The position numbers and the translations under genes were made by a program. Below the pieces are notes generated by a model, which did not search any database, had not been told where the DNA came from, and was given only the letters and a program-made list of their open reading frames with translations. From Escherichia coli (lineage in GTDB: Bacteria; Pseudomonadota; Gammaproteobacteria; Enterobacterales; Enterobacteriaceae), in assembly GCF_017348835.2 (NCBI RefSeq), contig NZ_CP071375.1: a stretch of 64,000 bases of DNA; one strand, 5' to 3'. Of this stretch, positions 11,034 to 25,717 are shown piece after piece. How positions within the stretch are numbered: position 1 is the stretch's first letter; each line of letters starts with the position of its first letter.

Positions 11034-12461
11034 TTATTTCGTGTTTTTCGACGACGGTAATTCAATGCGGAAACAAACGTCTTGCCCGCTCTCGTCGACC
11101 AGATACAGTTCCCCTTGCATACGGCGAATACAATCCCTGGCAATGCTTAATCCCAGACCGCTGCCCTTCACCGCCCCTTTTCGCTGGTGGCTTCCCTGAA
11201 AAAAGGGTTCGAAGATCATGGCGCGTTCCTCTTGCGGAATGGGCGTGCCTGTATTGATGACATCAATATAAACCCGCGCACCATGTAAACTGCTGCGAAG
11301 GCAAATGTTACCGGATTCAGCCCCGTAGTGCACCGCATTGGAGTAAAGATTATCCAGTACGCTCATCAGCAGCATTGGCTCCGCCAGGCAAGCTGTTGCT
11401 TTGAGATCGACGTCGGTATGCATCATTTTAGCCCGTGCGGGCAGGCTATGAGCAGAAACCACTGTCTCCACCAGCGGTGCTAATTCAACATTCTCCAGTT
11501 CCACCGCACTGTCCGCCTGTTTACGGTTGTAATCAAGCAGTTGTTCGATCAGTTTTTGCAAATTGCGGCTGCTGCTATCAAGAATGCTCACCACCTCTTT
11601 TTGCTCTGGCGTAAGCGGCCCGACAACCTGATCAGCCAGTAATTCAGTGCCCTCGCGCATACTCGCCAGTGGCGTTTTTAATTCATGAGATAAATGTCTT
11701 AAAAATTGATGGCGTTGGGATTCCAGCCATGACAGGCGCTCACTTAACCAAAGAATACGTTGCCCAACCGAGCGTAACTCGCTCGGTCCACTGAACGAAA
11801 CGCTATTGCCCAGAGAACGCCCTTCCCCCAACCGGTTGATCATCCTCTCGATATTTTTCACCGGACCAATAATCATACGCGTGAAAAGCAGTACCATTAC
11901 CAGACTCACCAGAAATAGCACCAGCGATTGCCAACCAAAATATTGCCCACGTTCGGCGATTTCACGCTGAAGTTGCTGCCCACGAGAGAACACCACTGTG
12001 CGCGTGGCCTGCACCATTTCGGTATTGGCACTGGCAAAGGCTTCAAGACGCGCGGCGGCAGCAGCATCGGGACCACTGTTGTTGCACTGAAGTTGGGCCA
12101 GATTGTTCAAGTCCTGACGCAATGCCTGGTAAAGTTTATCGTCTGGCAGTACGCCTGCGTGGGCATCGAGCATTTCGCTGTAACGCTTGCGCTGGCTTTG
12201 ATAAACCTTCGCAAGCGTAGGGTCGTCCAGCACGCAATACTGACGGTAGCTACGCTCCATCTCCAGCGCCGCGTTGGTCATCGCTTCACTGCGCCGGGCA
12301 TCGATAAGCGTAGTGCGGTTGACCAGCGCCGCCTGGTCGCTAAGCGCATTCAGGCTTTGCCAGGCTTGCCATGCCAGCACCAACAGGGGTAGCAGAATCA
12401 GCAAAAATGCCAGCATTACCAGTTGTCGTAATGAGCGGGGAAAAACGGGCCAGCGTTTCAA
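11034..12461 (-). CDS. glrK: Sensor histidine kinase GlrK (YfhK/QseE)
   Basis: HAMP and HisKA (HELKTPL) plus HATPase motifs; N-terminus MKRWPVFPRSL requires a TTG start at 12461. Confidence 0.88.
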   Translation of the reverse strand: MKRWPVFPRSLRQLVMLAFLLILLPLLVLAWQAWQSLNALSDQAALVNRTTLIDARRSEAMTNAALEMERSYRQYCVLDDPTLAKVYQSQRKRYSEMLDAHAGVLPDDKLYQALRQDLNNLAQLQCNNSGPDAAAAARLEAFASANTEMVQATRTVVFSRGQQLQREIAERGQYFGWQSLVLFLVSLVMVLLFTRMIIGPVKNIERMINRLGEGRSLGNSVSFSGPSELRSVGQRILWLSERLSWLESQRHQFLRHLSHELKTPLASMREGTELLADQVVGPLTPEQKEVVSILDSSSRNLQKLIEQLLDYNRKQADSAVELENVELAPLVETVVSAHSLPARAKMMHTDVDLKATACLAEPMLLMSVLDNLYSNAVHYGAESGNICLRSSLHGARVYIDVINTGTPIPQEERAMIFEPFFQGSHQRKGAVKGSGLGLSIARDCIRRMQGELYLVDESGQDVCFRIELPSSKNTK

Positions 12462-12517
12462 GGTGTTACTCTCGTCAGACGCGAATAGCCTGATGCTAAC
12501 CGAGGGGAAGTTCAGAT

Positions 12518-12703
12518 ACAACAAAGCCGGGAATTACCCGGCTTTGTTATGGAATAAGGCGGTGCCTAACTCGACGTTTCGCCCGATGGTTGATATAGCT
12601 ACGCTGATATCAGAAGTTGGACGGCAGGCACCTTGTTGTGCGTCATTCGAATTTTATGTAGCACGTCCCGAAGGGGCTGACATAAGTCGGTGAATGAGCC
12701 ACT
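12518..12703 (-). ncRNA. glmY: GlmY small RNA
   Basis: Reverse strand reads AGTGGCTCATTCACCGACTTATGTCAGCCCCTTCGGGACGTGC... ending in terminator AAAGCCGGGTAATTCCCGGCTTTGTTGT; ends approximate. Confidence 0.85.
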
Positions 12704-12713
12704 GGTTACTATT

Positions 12714-12731
12714 ATGCAGTAACTGTGCCAA
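12714..12731 (-). promoter_or_regulatory. Sigma54 (-24/-12) promoter of glmY
   Basis: Reverse strand TGGCAC-N5-CTGCA placed 12/24 nt upstream of the GlmY 5' end. Confidence 0.7.
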
Positions 12732-12819
12732 TAAAGAAAATAGTTTGGTAACGTACTGATTATACGTTGTTTTGAGGGATTTATGGCTTCTTCGCTATTT
12801 GAATGTAAATCAGCCACTG

Positions 12820-12933
12820 TGTCGCTAAAAAGAGACAACTTAAGATAAACTTATTAGATGACATTAAAATCAATGAGTTAAATGTCACCAAAAAGCGACA
12901 CAGCAAACCACCCATTGTCGTGATTTACAGACA
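12820..12933 (-). promoter_or_regulatory. Three GlrR binding sites upstream of glmY
   Basis: Three TGTC-N10-GACA motifs at 12820-12837, 12883-12900 and 12916-12933. Confidence 0.7.
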
Positions 12934-12934
12934 C

Positions 12935-12958
12935 AAAAAAGCTCCCGGAGTTGGGAGC
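12935..12958 (-). terminator. purL rho-independent terminator
   Basis: GCTCCC-loop-GGGAGC hairpin followed by TTTTTT on the reverse strand. Confidence 0.7.
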
Positions 12959-12982
12959 TTATAATAGCGGTTGGTATTTAAT

Positions 12983-13013
12983 GCCGGATGCGGCGTGAAT
13001 GCCTCATCCGGGC
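12983..13013. repeat. REP element
   Basis: GCCGGATGCGGCGTGAATGCCTCATCCGGGC matches the REP palindromic unit. Confidence 0.65.
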
Positions 13014-13036
13014 TGCAAAACCAATGGGCTGACGAC

Positions 13037-16000
13037 TTACCCCAACTGCTTACGTGCATTGCGGAAAATGCGCATCCATGGGCCATCCTCGCCCCAGTTT
13101 TCCGGATGCCAGGAGTTGCTGACAGTACGGAAAACACGTTCCGGGTGCGGCATCATAATGGTGACTCGACCGCTTTCAGTCGTGACCGCCGTAATACCGT
13201 TCGGAGAACCGTTCGGGTTAGCCGGGTAGGTTTCAGTGACTTTACCGAAGTTATCGACATAGCGCAGTGCCACCAGCCCTTTGCTTTCCAGCGCCGCCAG
13301 ATGCGCCGCATCACGCACTTCAACGCGCCCTTCACCGTGAGAGACAGCAATCGGCATCTGTGAGCCCACCATCCCCTGCAATAGCAGCGACGGGCTTTGG
13401 GTCACTTCAACCAGGCTGAAACGCGCTTCAAAGCGATCGGAGGTATTGCGCACAAAACGTGGCCACAACTCACTACCTGGGATCAGTTCACGCAGATTAG
13501 ACATCATCTGGCAACCGTTACATACCCCCAGCGCCAGCGTTTGCGGACGGTGGAAGAAGGTTGCAAACTCATCGCGTACACGGTCATTGAACAGGATAGA
13601 CTTCGCCCAACCTTCACCGGCACCCAGCACATCACCGTAGGAGAAACCACCGCACGCGACCAGGGCGTGGAAATCCTCCAGGCCCGTGCGTCCAGCCAGC
13701 AGGTCGCTCATATGCACGTCGATAGCATCGAAGCCTGCACGGTGGAAAGCTGCCGCCATTTCAACATGCGAGTTCACGCCCTGCTCACGCAGCACAGCAA
13801 CTTTCGGACGTGCGCCAGTGGCAATATACGGTGCTGCCACATCTTCGTTGATATCGAACGACAGTTTTACATTCAGGCCCGGATCGGCGTCGTTAGATTT
13901 CGCCTGGTGCTCCTGGTCGGCACACTCCGGGTTGTCACGCAGGCGCTGCATCTGCCAGGTAGTTTCTGCCCACCAGACACGCAACGTAGTGCGGCTTTCG
14001 CTGAATACAGTCTGCCCGTTGGCGGTAATCACAAAACGGTCACCGGAAACCGCCTGCCCAACATAATGGACGCAATCCGCAAGCCCATGCTGTGCCAGTA
14101 CGGATTCGACCGCTTCACGGTCAGCGGCACGAACCTGAATCACCGCACCCAGTTCTTCGTTAAACAACGCCGCCAGGCGATCGTCACCCAGAGTGGCTAT
14201 ATCCGCGTCAATGCCGCAATGACCAGCAAAGGCCATTTCCGCCAGCGTTACCAGCAGGCCGCCATCAGAGCGGTCGTGATACGCCAGCAGCTTACGCTGT
14301 GCAACCAGCGCCTGAATCGCGTCATAGAAGCCTTTCAGTTGCGCGACATCGCGTACATCTGCCGGTTTGTCGCCAAGCTGACGATAAACCTGCGCCAGCG
14401 CCGTTGCGCCCAGCGCGTTATTGCCTTTGCCCAAATCAATCAGCAGCAGTGCGTTATCTTCGGTAGAAAGCTGCGGCGTGATGGTGTGACGTACATCTTC
14501 CACGCGGGCAAATGCAGAAATCACCAGCGACAGCGGCGACGTCATTTCGCGCTCTTCGTTACCTTCCTGCCAGCGGGTTTTCATCGACATAGAGTCTTTA
14601 CCCACCGGGATCGTCAGGCCCAGCGCCGGACAAAGCTCTTCGCCCACGGCTTTAACGGCTTCATACAGGCCCGCATCTTCACCAGGGTGGCCTGCCGCCG
14701 CCATCCAGTTGGCGGAAAGTTTAATGCGTTTGATATCGCCAATCTGTGTTGCGGCAATATTGGTTAACGCTTCACCGACCGCCAGACGGGCAGAGGCGGC
14801 GAAATCCAGCAGCGCAACCGGCGCACGCTCGCCAATCGCCATCGCTTCACCGTAGTAGCTGTCGAGGCTGGCGGTAGTGACCGCGCAGTTAGCGACCGGC
14901 ACCTGCCACGGCCCCACCATCTGATCGCGCGCCACCATGCCGGTTACGCTGCGGTCACCGATGGTCACCAGGAAAGTTTTCTCCGCCACGGTCGGCAGAT
15001 GCAGTACGCGTTTCACCGCGTCTGCAATGGTGATCCCTTCACGGACCAGCGCATCGCCCTTCGCTTTCAGCGTTTGTACATCGCGGGTCATCTTCGGCGT
15101 TTTACCAAGCAGGACGTCCAGCGGCAGATCGATCGGCTGATTATCAAAATGACGATCGTGCAGAGAAAGATGCAGTTCTTCGGTCGCTTCACCAATCACC
15201 GCGTAGGGTGCGCGCTCACGCTTACACAGTTCGTCAAACAGCGGTAATTGATCGGCAGCAACCGCCAGCACGTAGCGTTCCTGGGATTCGTTACACCAGA
15301 TTTCCAGCGGGCTCATGCCCGGTTCGTCGCTTAGAATATCGCGCAGTTCAAATTTACCGCCGCGCCCGCCGTCGCTCACCAGTTCCGGCATCGCGTTAGA
15401 AAGACCGCCAGCGCCGACGTCGTGGATAAACAGGATTGGGTTGGCATCACCAAGCTGCCAGCAACGGTCGATCACTTCCTGGCAGCGACGCTCCATCTCC
15501 GGGTTGTCGCGCTGTACGGAAGCAAAGTCGAGGTCGGCATCAGACTGACCTGACGCCATGGAAGACGCCGCTCCGCCGCCAAGACCGATGTTCATTGCCG
15601 GGCCGCCGAGAACGACCAGTTTCGCACCGACGTTGATCTCGCCTTTTTGTACGTGATCGGCGCGAATGTTGCCGATCCCGCCCGCCAGCATGATCGGTTT
15701 GTGATAACCGCGCAGCTCTTCGCCATTGTGGCTGTTCACTTTTTCTTCATAAGTACGGAAGTAGCCGTTCAGTGCCGGACGACCAAATTCGTTGTTAAAC
15801 GCCGCACCGCCCAGCGGGCCTTCGGTCATGATGTCCAGCGCGGTGACAATGCGCTCAGGCTTACCGAAATCTTCTTCCCACGGCTGTTCGAAGCCAGGAA
15901 TTCGCAGGTTGGAAACGGAGAAACCAACCAAACCCGCTTTCGGCTTCGCGCCGCGCCCGGTGGCACCTTCATCGCGGATTTCACCGCCGGAACCGGTCGC

Positions 16001-16924
16001 CGCGCCCGGCCACGGAGAAATCGCCGTCGGGTGGTTGTGAGTTTCGACTTTCATCAGAATATGCGCCGGTTCCTGATGGAAATCGTAGCGGCCCGTTTCG
16101 TGGTCAGCAAAGTAGCGGCCCACTTCAGAACCTTCCATTACGGCGGCGTTATCTTTATAAGCAGAGAGAACGTGATCTGGCGTGGTTTCGAAAGTATTTT
16201 TGATCATCCTGAACAGCGATTTCGGCTGCTGTTCACCGTCGATAATCCAGTCGGCATTAAAAATTTTGTGGCGGCAGTGCTCAGAGTTCGCCTGAGCGAA
16301 CATATACAGCTCGATGTCGTTCGGGTTACGACCAAGCTTTGTGAAAGCATCCTGCAGATAGTCAATTTCATCTTCCGCCAGAGCCAGGCCAAGACGCAGG
16401 TTAGCGTCGATCAGCGCCTGACGGCCCTGCCCCAGCAAATCAACGCTGGTAACCGGAGTCGGTTGATGGTGGGCAAACAACTGCTCTGCATCATCTAACG
16501 CAAAAAAGACCGTTTCCATCATGCGGTCGTGCAGTTCAGCGGTAACCTGCTGCCATTGTTCATTGGTCAGCGTACCGGCTTCTATATAGTAAGCAACGCC
16601 GCGCTCAAGGCGGTTTACCTGTTGTAGCCCGCAGTTATGGGCAATATCGGTCGCTTTCGAAGACCAGGGAGAGATGGTGCCAGGACGCGGGGTCACCAGC
16701 AGGAGTTTGCCTTGCGGGGCGTGGCTGGCGAGTGCCGGGCCATATTTCAGCAGGCGTTCAAGTTGTGCGTGCTCATCATCGTTTAACGGCGCATTGAGGT
16801 CAGCAAAATGGACATACTCGGCGTAAATATTGTGAACCGGGAGCCTGGCAGCCTGAAAACGTGCCAGCAGTTTGTTGATTCGGAATGCCGACAATGCAGG
16901 CGAACCACGCAGAATTTCCATCAT
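13037..16924 (-). CDS. purL: Phosphoribosylformylglycinamidine synthase
   Basis: 1295 aa, [23 protein letters not shown]..., C-terminal glutaminase domain. Confidence 0.97.
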   Translation of the reverse strand: MMEILRGSPALSAFRINKLLARFQAARLPVHNIYAEYVHFADLNAPLNDDEHAQLERLLKYGPALASHAPQGKLLLVTPRPGTISPWSSKATDIAHNCGLQQVNRLERGVAYYIEAGTLTNEQWQQVTAELHDRMMETVFFALDDAEQLFAHHQPTPVTSVDLLGQGRQALIDANLRLGLALAEDEIDYLQDAFTKLGRNPNDIELYMFAQANSEHCRHKIFNADWIIDGEQQPKSLFRMIKNTFETTPDHVLSAYKDNAAVMEGSEVGRYFADHETGRYDFHQEPAHILMKVETHNHPTAISPWPGAATGSGGEIRDEGATGRGAKPKAGLVGFSVSNLRIPGFEQPWEEDFGKPERIVTALDIMTEGPLGGAAFNNEFGRPALNGYFRTYEEKVNSHNGEELRGYHKPIMLAGGIGNIRADHVQKGEINVGAKLVVLGGPAMNIGLGGGAASSMASGQSDADLDFASVQRDNPEMERRCQEVIDRCWQLGDANPILFIHDVGAGGLSNAMPELVSDGGRGGKFELRDILSDEPGMSPLEIWCNESQERYVLAVAADQLPLFDELCKRERAPYAVIGEATEELHLSLHDRHFDNQPIDLPLDVLLGKTPKMTRDVQTLKAKGDALVREGITIADAVKRVLHLPTVAEKTFLVTIGDRSVTGMVARDQMVGPWQVPVANCAVTTASLDSYYGEAMAIGERAPVALLDFAASARLAVGEALTNIAATQIGDIKRIKLSANWMAAAGHPGEDAGLYEAVKAVGEELCPALGLTIPVGKDSMSMKTRWQEGNEEREMTSPLSLVISAFARVEDVRHTITPQLSTEDNALLLIDLGKGNNALGATALAQVYRQLGDKPADVRDVAQLKGFYDAIQALVAQRKLLAYHDRSDGGLLVTLAEMAFAGHCGIDADIATLGDDRLAALFNEELGAVIQVRAADREAVESVLAQHGLADCVHYVGQAVSGDRFVITANGQTVFSESRTTLRVWWAETTWQMQRLRDNPECADQEHQAKSNDADPGLNVKLSFDINEDVAAPYIATGARPKVAVLREQGVNSHVEMAAAFHRAGFDAIDVHMSDLLAGRTGLEDFHALVACGGFSYGDVLGAGEGWAKSILFNDRVRDEFATFFHRPQTLALGVCNGCQMMSNLRELIPGSELWPRFVRNTSDRFEARFSLVEVTQSPSLLLQGMVGSQMPIAVSHGEGRVEVRDAAHLAALESKGLVALRYVDNFGKVTETYPANPNGSPNGITAVTTESGRVTIMMPHPERVFRTVSNSWHPENWGEDGPWMRIFRNARKQLG

Positions 16925-17000
16925 AAGTCTCTCGTCTTCTAAGCTTTCGGTGTACCCAAGGGGGGGAAACGGGCGTCATTATAAAGAATCTGATGCGCTG

Positions 17001-17016
17001 ACGAAACCGTTTGCGT
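17001..17016. promoter_or_regulatory. PurR operator in purL control region
   Basis: ACGAAACCGTTTGCGT palindrome matching the PurR box. Confidence 0.6.
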
Positions 17017-17181
17017 GGAAATAAAATCACCATCGTGAATTAGCAACGCGTGCCGCCAATGGCTGTAATAAGTTGCCATCTGGCGCAGGTTTACGCAAAA
17101 TGCCGCTCATTTATGAGTAAACCTTTCACTATTATTACGTTTTTTCAAGCTGGGACGCGCACGACACAGAGAATTAACTAA

Positions 17182-19283
<2,102 letters not shown>

Positions 19284-19295
19284 CTATGCTTTACT

Positions 19296-19931
19296 CTATT
19301 CCAGTTGCTGAAGTTCACCGCGCGGGGTTACTCGCCAACGATGCTGACAGAAATAAAGCAGCGGATTGTCCTGATTACTGTCGCTATAGCCACTGTACAG
19401 CCGCAGCGGCGTGCCGATTTTGCGCTCCAGTTGTGCGACCTTTTCATGTCCCAGACAACGCATCGTCAATACCCAACCACCATAGCCACGCTGAATTTGG
19501 CTGGCGATAAGATTAACCCGCGGCAGCCAGGGCGTATCGAAATAAACCGCTTCAACCAGCGGCTGCGGAGAGCCGGTAATCAACCAGATATCAGCATCGG
19601 AACTTAACAGGTAGGTGGTTAATCGCTCCTGAACCAGCGGAAAGGCGGTAACATTGTCACGAAACCAGCGTACGAAATCGGCCTGCAACGCCTGCAAACG
19701 CGCTTCATTGTGACCAAAAGTGCATCCCCACAGAAGCAGACTCATCGGCCAGCGTGCCGCACGACCTTTTATCAATAACGCAATGGCTATAATCGGCAAC
19801 AACGGCAGGACAAGTAACGCATTCAGCGGTTGGCGACGCAGTAAATAGCGCAGAAAACTGCCGAACATATCCTGCTGATGCAATGTTCCATCTAAGTCAA
19901 AAAACACCACACGACGCTCGTGAGTTGCCAA
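19296..19931 (-). CDS. pgpC: Phosphatidylglycerophosphatase C (HAD family)
   Basis: 211 aa, HAD motif VVFFDLDGTL. Confidence 0.88.
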   Translation of the reverse strand: MATHERRVVFFDLDGTLHQQDMFGSFLRYLLRRQPLNALLVLPLLPIIAIALLIKGRAARWPMSLLLWGCTFGHNEARLQALQADFVRWFRDNVTAFPLVQERLTTYLLSSDADIWLITGSPQPLVEAVYFDTPWLPRVNLIASQIQRGYGGWVLTMRCLGHEKVAQLERKIGTPLRLYSGYSDSNQDNPLLYFCQHRWRVTPRGELQQLE

Positions 19932-20139
19932 ACCATACTCCTCTGGACTGAAACATCCTGATTAATTTTCGCTACTACATAGCCTAACAGATAGATCATC
20001 ACTTTTCCGGCAACAATCGACCGCATCATGGCTAACTGGAATTTTTAATTCATGGCAATTAGCGGCAATGGAATATAAAATTCACTCGCGTGTGTCTCAT
20101 ATTGCCTGTTGTCGCCACTATTTCATCGCGAGGAAAGAT

Positions 20140-20988
20140 ATGAACGGCTTACTTCGTATCCGTCAGCGTTACCAGGGGCTTGCCCAGAGTGATAAAAAAC
20201 TGGCGGATTATCTGCTGCTACAACCTGATACGGCGCGCCATTTAAGCTCTCAGCAACTGGCCAACGAAGCCGGAGTCAGTCAGTCCAGCGTCGTGAAGTT
20301 CGCGCAAAAACTCGGCTATAAAGGTTTTCCGGCGCTTAAGTTGGCGTTGAGTGAAGCGCTGGCAAGCCAGCCGGAATCGCCCTCCGTGCCCATTCATAAC
20401 CAAATCCGCGGTGATGATCCGTTACGGCTGGTCGGCGAAAAACTGATTAAAGAAAATACTGCCGCTATGTACGCAACGCTAAACGTTAATAGTGAAGAGA
20501 AACTGCATGAATGCGTAACAATGTTGCGCTCTGCGCGGCGGATAATTCTGACCGGTATTGGCGCTTCGGGTCTGGTGGCGCAAAACTTTGCCTGGAAGCT
20601 GATGAAGATTGGCTTCAATGCTGCCGCAGTGCGCGATATGCATGCGCTACTCGCTACCGTACAGGCGTCGTCCCCTGACGATCTGTTATTAGCCATTTCT
20701 TACACCGGTGTACGACGCGAGTTAAACCTGGCGGCAGATGAGATGCTGCGAGTGGGCGGAAAAGTGCTGGCGATTACCGGCTTTACTCCCAATGCCCTGC
20801 AACAGCGTGCTTCTCATTGCCTGTATACCATTGCCGAAGAACAAGCGACAAACAGTGCTTCAATCTCTGCTTGTCACGCGCAGGGAATGTTAACGGATTT
20901 GCTGTTCATTGCGCTGATTCAGCAGGATCTGGAACTGGCACCAGAACGTATTCGTCATAGTGAAGCGCTGGTGAAAAAACTGGTCTGA
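20140..20988 (+). CDS. yfhH: RpiR/MurR-family transcriptional regulator with SIS domain
   Basis: N-terminal HTH (LANEAGVSQSSVVKFAQKLGYKGF) and SIS domain; start trimmed to ATG after AGGAAAG. Confidence 0.85.
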   Translation: MNGLLRIRQRYQGLAQSDKKLADYLLLQPDTARHLSSQQLANEAGVSQSSVVKFAQKLGYKGFPALKLALSEALASQPESPSVPIHNQIRGDDPLRLVGEKLIKENTAAMYATLNVNSEEKLHECVTMLRSARRIILTGIGASGLVAQNFAWKLMKIGFNAAAVRDMHALLATVQASSPDDLLLAISYTGVRRELNLAADEMLRVGGKVLAITGFTPNALQQRASHCLYTIAEEQATNSASISACHAQGMLTDLLFIALIQQDLELAPERIRHSEALVKKLV

Positions 20989-21007
20989 GTAAAGAATGCG
21001 CGTATAA

Positions 21008-21304
<297 letters not shown>

Positions 21305-21497
21305 TATTCTACTCTGGAAGTAGAGTATTAATTATTTTACTGGGAAGCCTTAACGCCATTATATTTATTTAATTGATGACATTAGCATAATCATTCACTA
21401 AGTTAATTTATATAGTATCTGCCCAGACACTTATTTATAGTTATTAAAGGCGCGTCCGATTGGTTCACCGGACGCACCTTAAGTACGTTTCCTTGTG

Positions 21498-21578
21498 TTA
21501 TAAGAACAGAAGGATCAGCTGTAAAACAGCAATGATGATTTTGATGACCCGTTTAATCAGGTATCGGCAATCAGTCAT
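21498..21578 (-). CDS. shoB: Type I toxin ShoB (26 aa membrane peptide)
   Basis: Reverse strand translates MTDCRYLIKRVIKIIIAVLQLILLFL*. Confidence 0.85.
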   Translation of the reverse strand: MTDCRYLIKRVIKIIIAVLQLILLFL

Positions 21579-21899
21579 TCGTTTTTCCTTAAACAAGGAA
21601 TGCAGCCGTTCAGATTAGCCCTTACATCTCCCCAAAACTGAACGTGCGAGTTATTGGAATCGAGTGCTGCACTCCACACCAGAGCTTTGACGACACCACT
21701 CGTTTCAATGGGGGAATTCAGTGGCATGGTGTAAAGCACAGCAAAATTGCCAATAACGAAACCGATTTTAATGTACTTATCAAAAAGCGGTCACGTTAAT
21801 CTTTTCATCAATGTCGATTTCTTCGTAAAGGCTCGCGTTTTTTATGTCAGAGATTGCAAGTTGCTTGTACAGGTCAACGAAATTGATCCATAATCATTT

Positions 21900-21977
21900 T
21901 CGTTGGAATCGTGTGCTGCACAAAATTAAAGTTAAAAAGTAAAACCCCCGTTCCTTACCAGTTCGGGGGTTTTACTT
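21900..21977 (+). ncRNA. ohsC: OhsC antisense sRNA (antitoxin of shoB), approximate
   Basis: Placement inferred from CATAAT -10 at 21888-21893, the 19-nt repeat at 21903-21921 and the terminator at 21945-21973; ends not verified. Confidence 0.4.
21941..21975. terminator. Bidirectional rho-independent terminator (acpS / ohsC)
   Basis: AAAACCCCCG-loop-CGGGGGTTTT with A/T runs on both sides. Confidence 0.7.
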
Positions 21978-21999
21978 TATAAAGAGAACGGTATTATTT

Positions 22000-22380
22000 T
22001 TAACTTTCAATAATTACCGTGGCACAAGCATAGTGGCGCTCATCGGCAAGCGTTACATGCATATTTATAACGCCGAGCTTTTCCGCCAGTTTTAATGCCT
22101 CACCCCATAGCCGTAGCCGTGGTTTGCCGAGCTCATCATTGAATACTTCAAACTGATTAAACGCCAGACCATTGCGGATCCCGGTGCCAAACGCTTTTGC
22201 CGCCGCTTCTTTCACAGCAAAACGCTTCGCCAGAAAACGCACCGGCTGGTGGTGCGTTTTCCAGATAGCCCATTCGTTATCGCTTAATACGCGGCGTGCC
22301 AGGCGATCACCGGATCGGGCGATCACTGCTTCTATGCGAGCGATCTCCACAATATCCATACCTAAACCTAATATTGCCAT
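22000..22380 (-). CDS. acpS: Holo-ACP synthase
   Basis: [17 protein letters not shown]..., 126 aa. Confidence 0.95.
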   Translation of the reverse strand: MAILGLGMDIVEIARIEAVIARSGDRLARRVLSDNEWAIWKTHHQPVRFLAKRFAVKEAAAKAFGTGIRNGLAFNQFEVFNDELGKPRLRLWGEALKLAEKLGVINMHVTLADERHYACATVIIES

Positions 22381-23111
22381 TAGCCACGCGCTTCCAGCAT
22401 CAGACGCTTCATTTCTGCCACCGCATCTTTCAGTCCGGTCATCACTGCACGACCAATAATGGCATGACCGATATTCAGTTCATGCATCTCAGGGATGGCA
22501 GCAATGGCTTTCACGTTGTGATAGGTCAGACCGTGTCCGGCGTTAACTTTCAGACCGAGACTAGCGGCAAAGGTCGCGGCTTTGACGATACGCGCCAGCT
22601 CTTGCGCCTGTTCGGCGTCAGTTTTGGCATCAGCATAGCAACCAGTGTGGATCTCGATAAACGGTGCGCCAACCTCTGCCGCAGCTTTGATCTGCTCTTC
22701 ATCGGCGTCGATAAACAGAGAAACCTGAATCCCGGCATCCGCCAGACGTTTGCAGGCATCTCGCATTTTGTCACGCTGCCCTGCGACGTCCAGGCCGCCT
22801 TCGGTCGTGACTTCCTGACGCTTTTCCGGTACCAGGCAGCAAAAATGTGGCTTCGTCTCAACGGCGATCGCCAGCATCTCTTCGGTCACTGCCATCTCCA
22901 GATTCATGCGGGTATCCAGCGTCTGACGCAGGATGCGCACATCGCGGTCAGTAATGTGGCGGCGATCTTCACGTAAATGCACGGTAATGCCGTCTGCTCC
23001 CGCCTGCTCAGCAATAAACGCCGCCTGCACCGGATCCGGGTAAGCAGTACCGCGTGCGTTACGCAGCGTTGCAATATGGTCAATGTTGACGCCTAACAGT
23101 AATTCAGCCAT
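22380..23111 (-). CDS. pdxJ: Pyridoxine 5'-phosphate synthase
   Basis: [21 protein letters not shown]...; start trimmed. Confidence 0.95.
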   Translation of the reverse strand: MAELLLGVNIDHIATLRNARGTAYPDPVQAAFIAEQAGADGITVHLREDRRHITDRDVRILRQTLDTRMNLEMAVTEEMLAIAVETKPHFCCLVPEKRQEVTTEGGLDVAGQRDKMRDACKRLADAGIQVSLFIDADEEQIKAAAEVGAPFIEIHTGCYADAKTDAEQAQELARIVKAATFAASLGLKVNAGHGLTYHNVKAIAAIPEMHELNIGHAIIGRAVMTGLKDAVAEMKRLMLEARG

Positions 23112-23122
23112 GACAATCCTCA

Positions 23123-23851
23123 TCATTCATAATGTGTTTTCACCGTTCGCTTAGGCATAAACTGCCGGAACAGTTCCCTGCTCTTTAATGGTTTACCGCC
23201 AAGATACGGCTTAAGCGCCATGCGGGTAAAGCGTTTCGCGGCGCGCAGTGTGTCTGCGTCAGGAAATTCCCGCGCGTTTAACGCTTTTAACTGCCTTCCG
23301 GTGAACGTTTTATTGTCGATAACGACGCTTGCGATAAACCCTTTTTCTTCGCGATAACGATACGTCATGGTGTCATCTACCGGCTCGCCGCTACCCGCAC
23401 AATGGGTAAAATTGACGCCATAACCCAGATGCCCGAGCAGTGCCAGTTCAAAGCGGCGCAGCGCGGGTTCTGGCGTACCAGTGACCCCTGCAAGAGACTG
23501 AATGCAGTGCAAGTAATCGAAAAAGAGTTCAGAGAAGCGCGTCTCGTATTCCAGTACGCGGGAGAGAAGTTCGTTGATGTACAGACCGCTGTAAAGCGTG
23601 ATACCGCTTAATGGCAGCGCCAGCGAGACGGCTTCAGCACTGCGCAGCGTTTTGACTTCGCCACGCCCGCCAAAACGTAGCAAGAGAGGGGTGAAAGGCT
23701 GTAATGCACCTTTCAGGGTAGAGCGTTTAGAGCGTGCGCCTTTGGCAACCAGACGCACGCGACCCGATTCCTCCGTGAAGACGTCCAGCATCAGGCTGGT
23801 TTCGCTCCACGGGCGACTATGCAGGACAAATGCGCGCTGCCAGCCTTCCAT
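23123..23851 (-). CDS. recO: DNA repair protein RecO
   Basis: [38 protein letters not shown]..., 242 aa. Confidence 0.95.
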   Translation of the reverse strand: MEGWQRAFVLHSRPWSETSLMLDVFTEESGRVRLVAKGARSKRSTLKGALQPFTPLLLRFGGRGEVKTLRSAEAVSLALPLSGITLYSGLYINELLSRVLEYETRFSELFFDYLHCIQSLAGVTGTPEPALRRFELALLGHLGYGVNFTHCAGSGEPVDDTMTYRYREEKGFIASVVIDNKTFTGRQLKALNAREFPDADTLRAAKRFTRMALKPYLGGKPLKSRELFRQFMPKRTVKTHYE

Positions 23852-23862
23852 CGGAGTTACTC

Positions 23863-25475
<1,613 letters not shown>

Positions 25476-25717
25476 TCAGCACACGAAACAGACCTGATAT
25501 ACATGGCTCTGCTAACTGCTTCGCTGCAGTTTCAGTTTAGCGGTATATGGGAACCAACGCTGTTTCGTGTGCCGTGGCAACCTGGAGGTGCCAACCTTAA
25601 ACTTCGGGGGAATATTCTATACACAACGACGGGGGATGTCGTTAGCCACGGGAGATTTATCTCATAAATAATTCACGTTGTCGCCGTAACGGCGACAACG
25701 TGAACGAAGATGAGCTA

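Noticed and set aside
13397-14767. 456-aa + strand ORF (and 283-aa ORF at 15647-16498) inside purL
   Set aside because: Antisense shadow ORFs within a conserved, well-recognised gene; Arg/Gln-rich low-complexity translation typical of the reverse frame of GC-rich coding sequence, with no ribosome-binding site.
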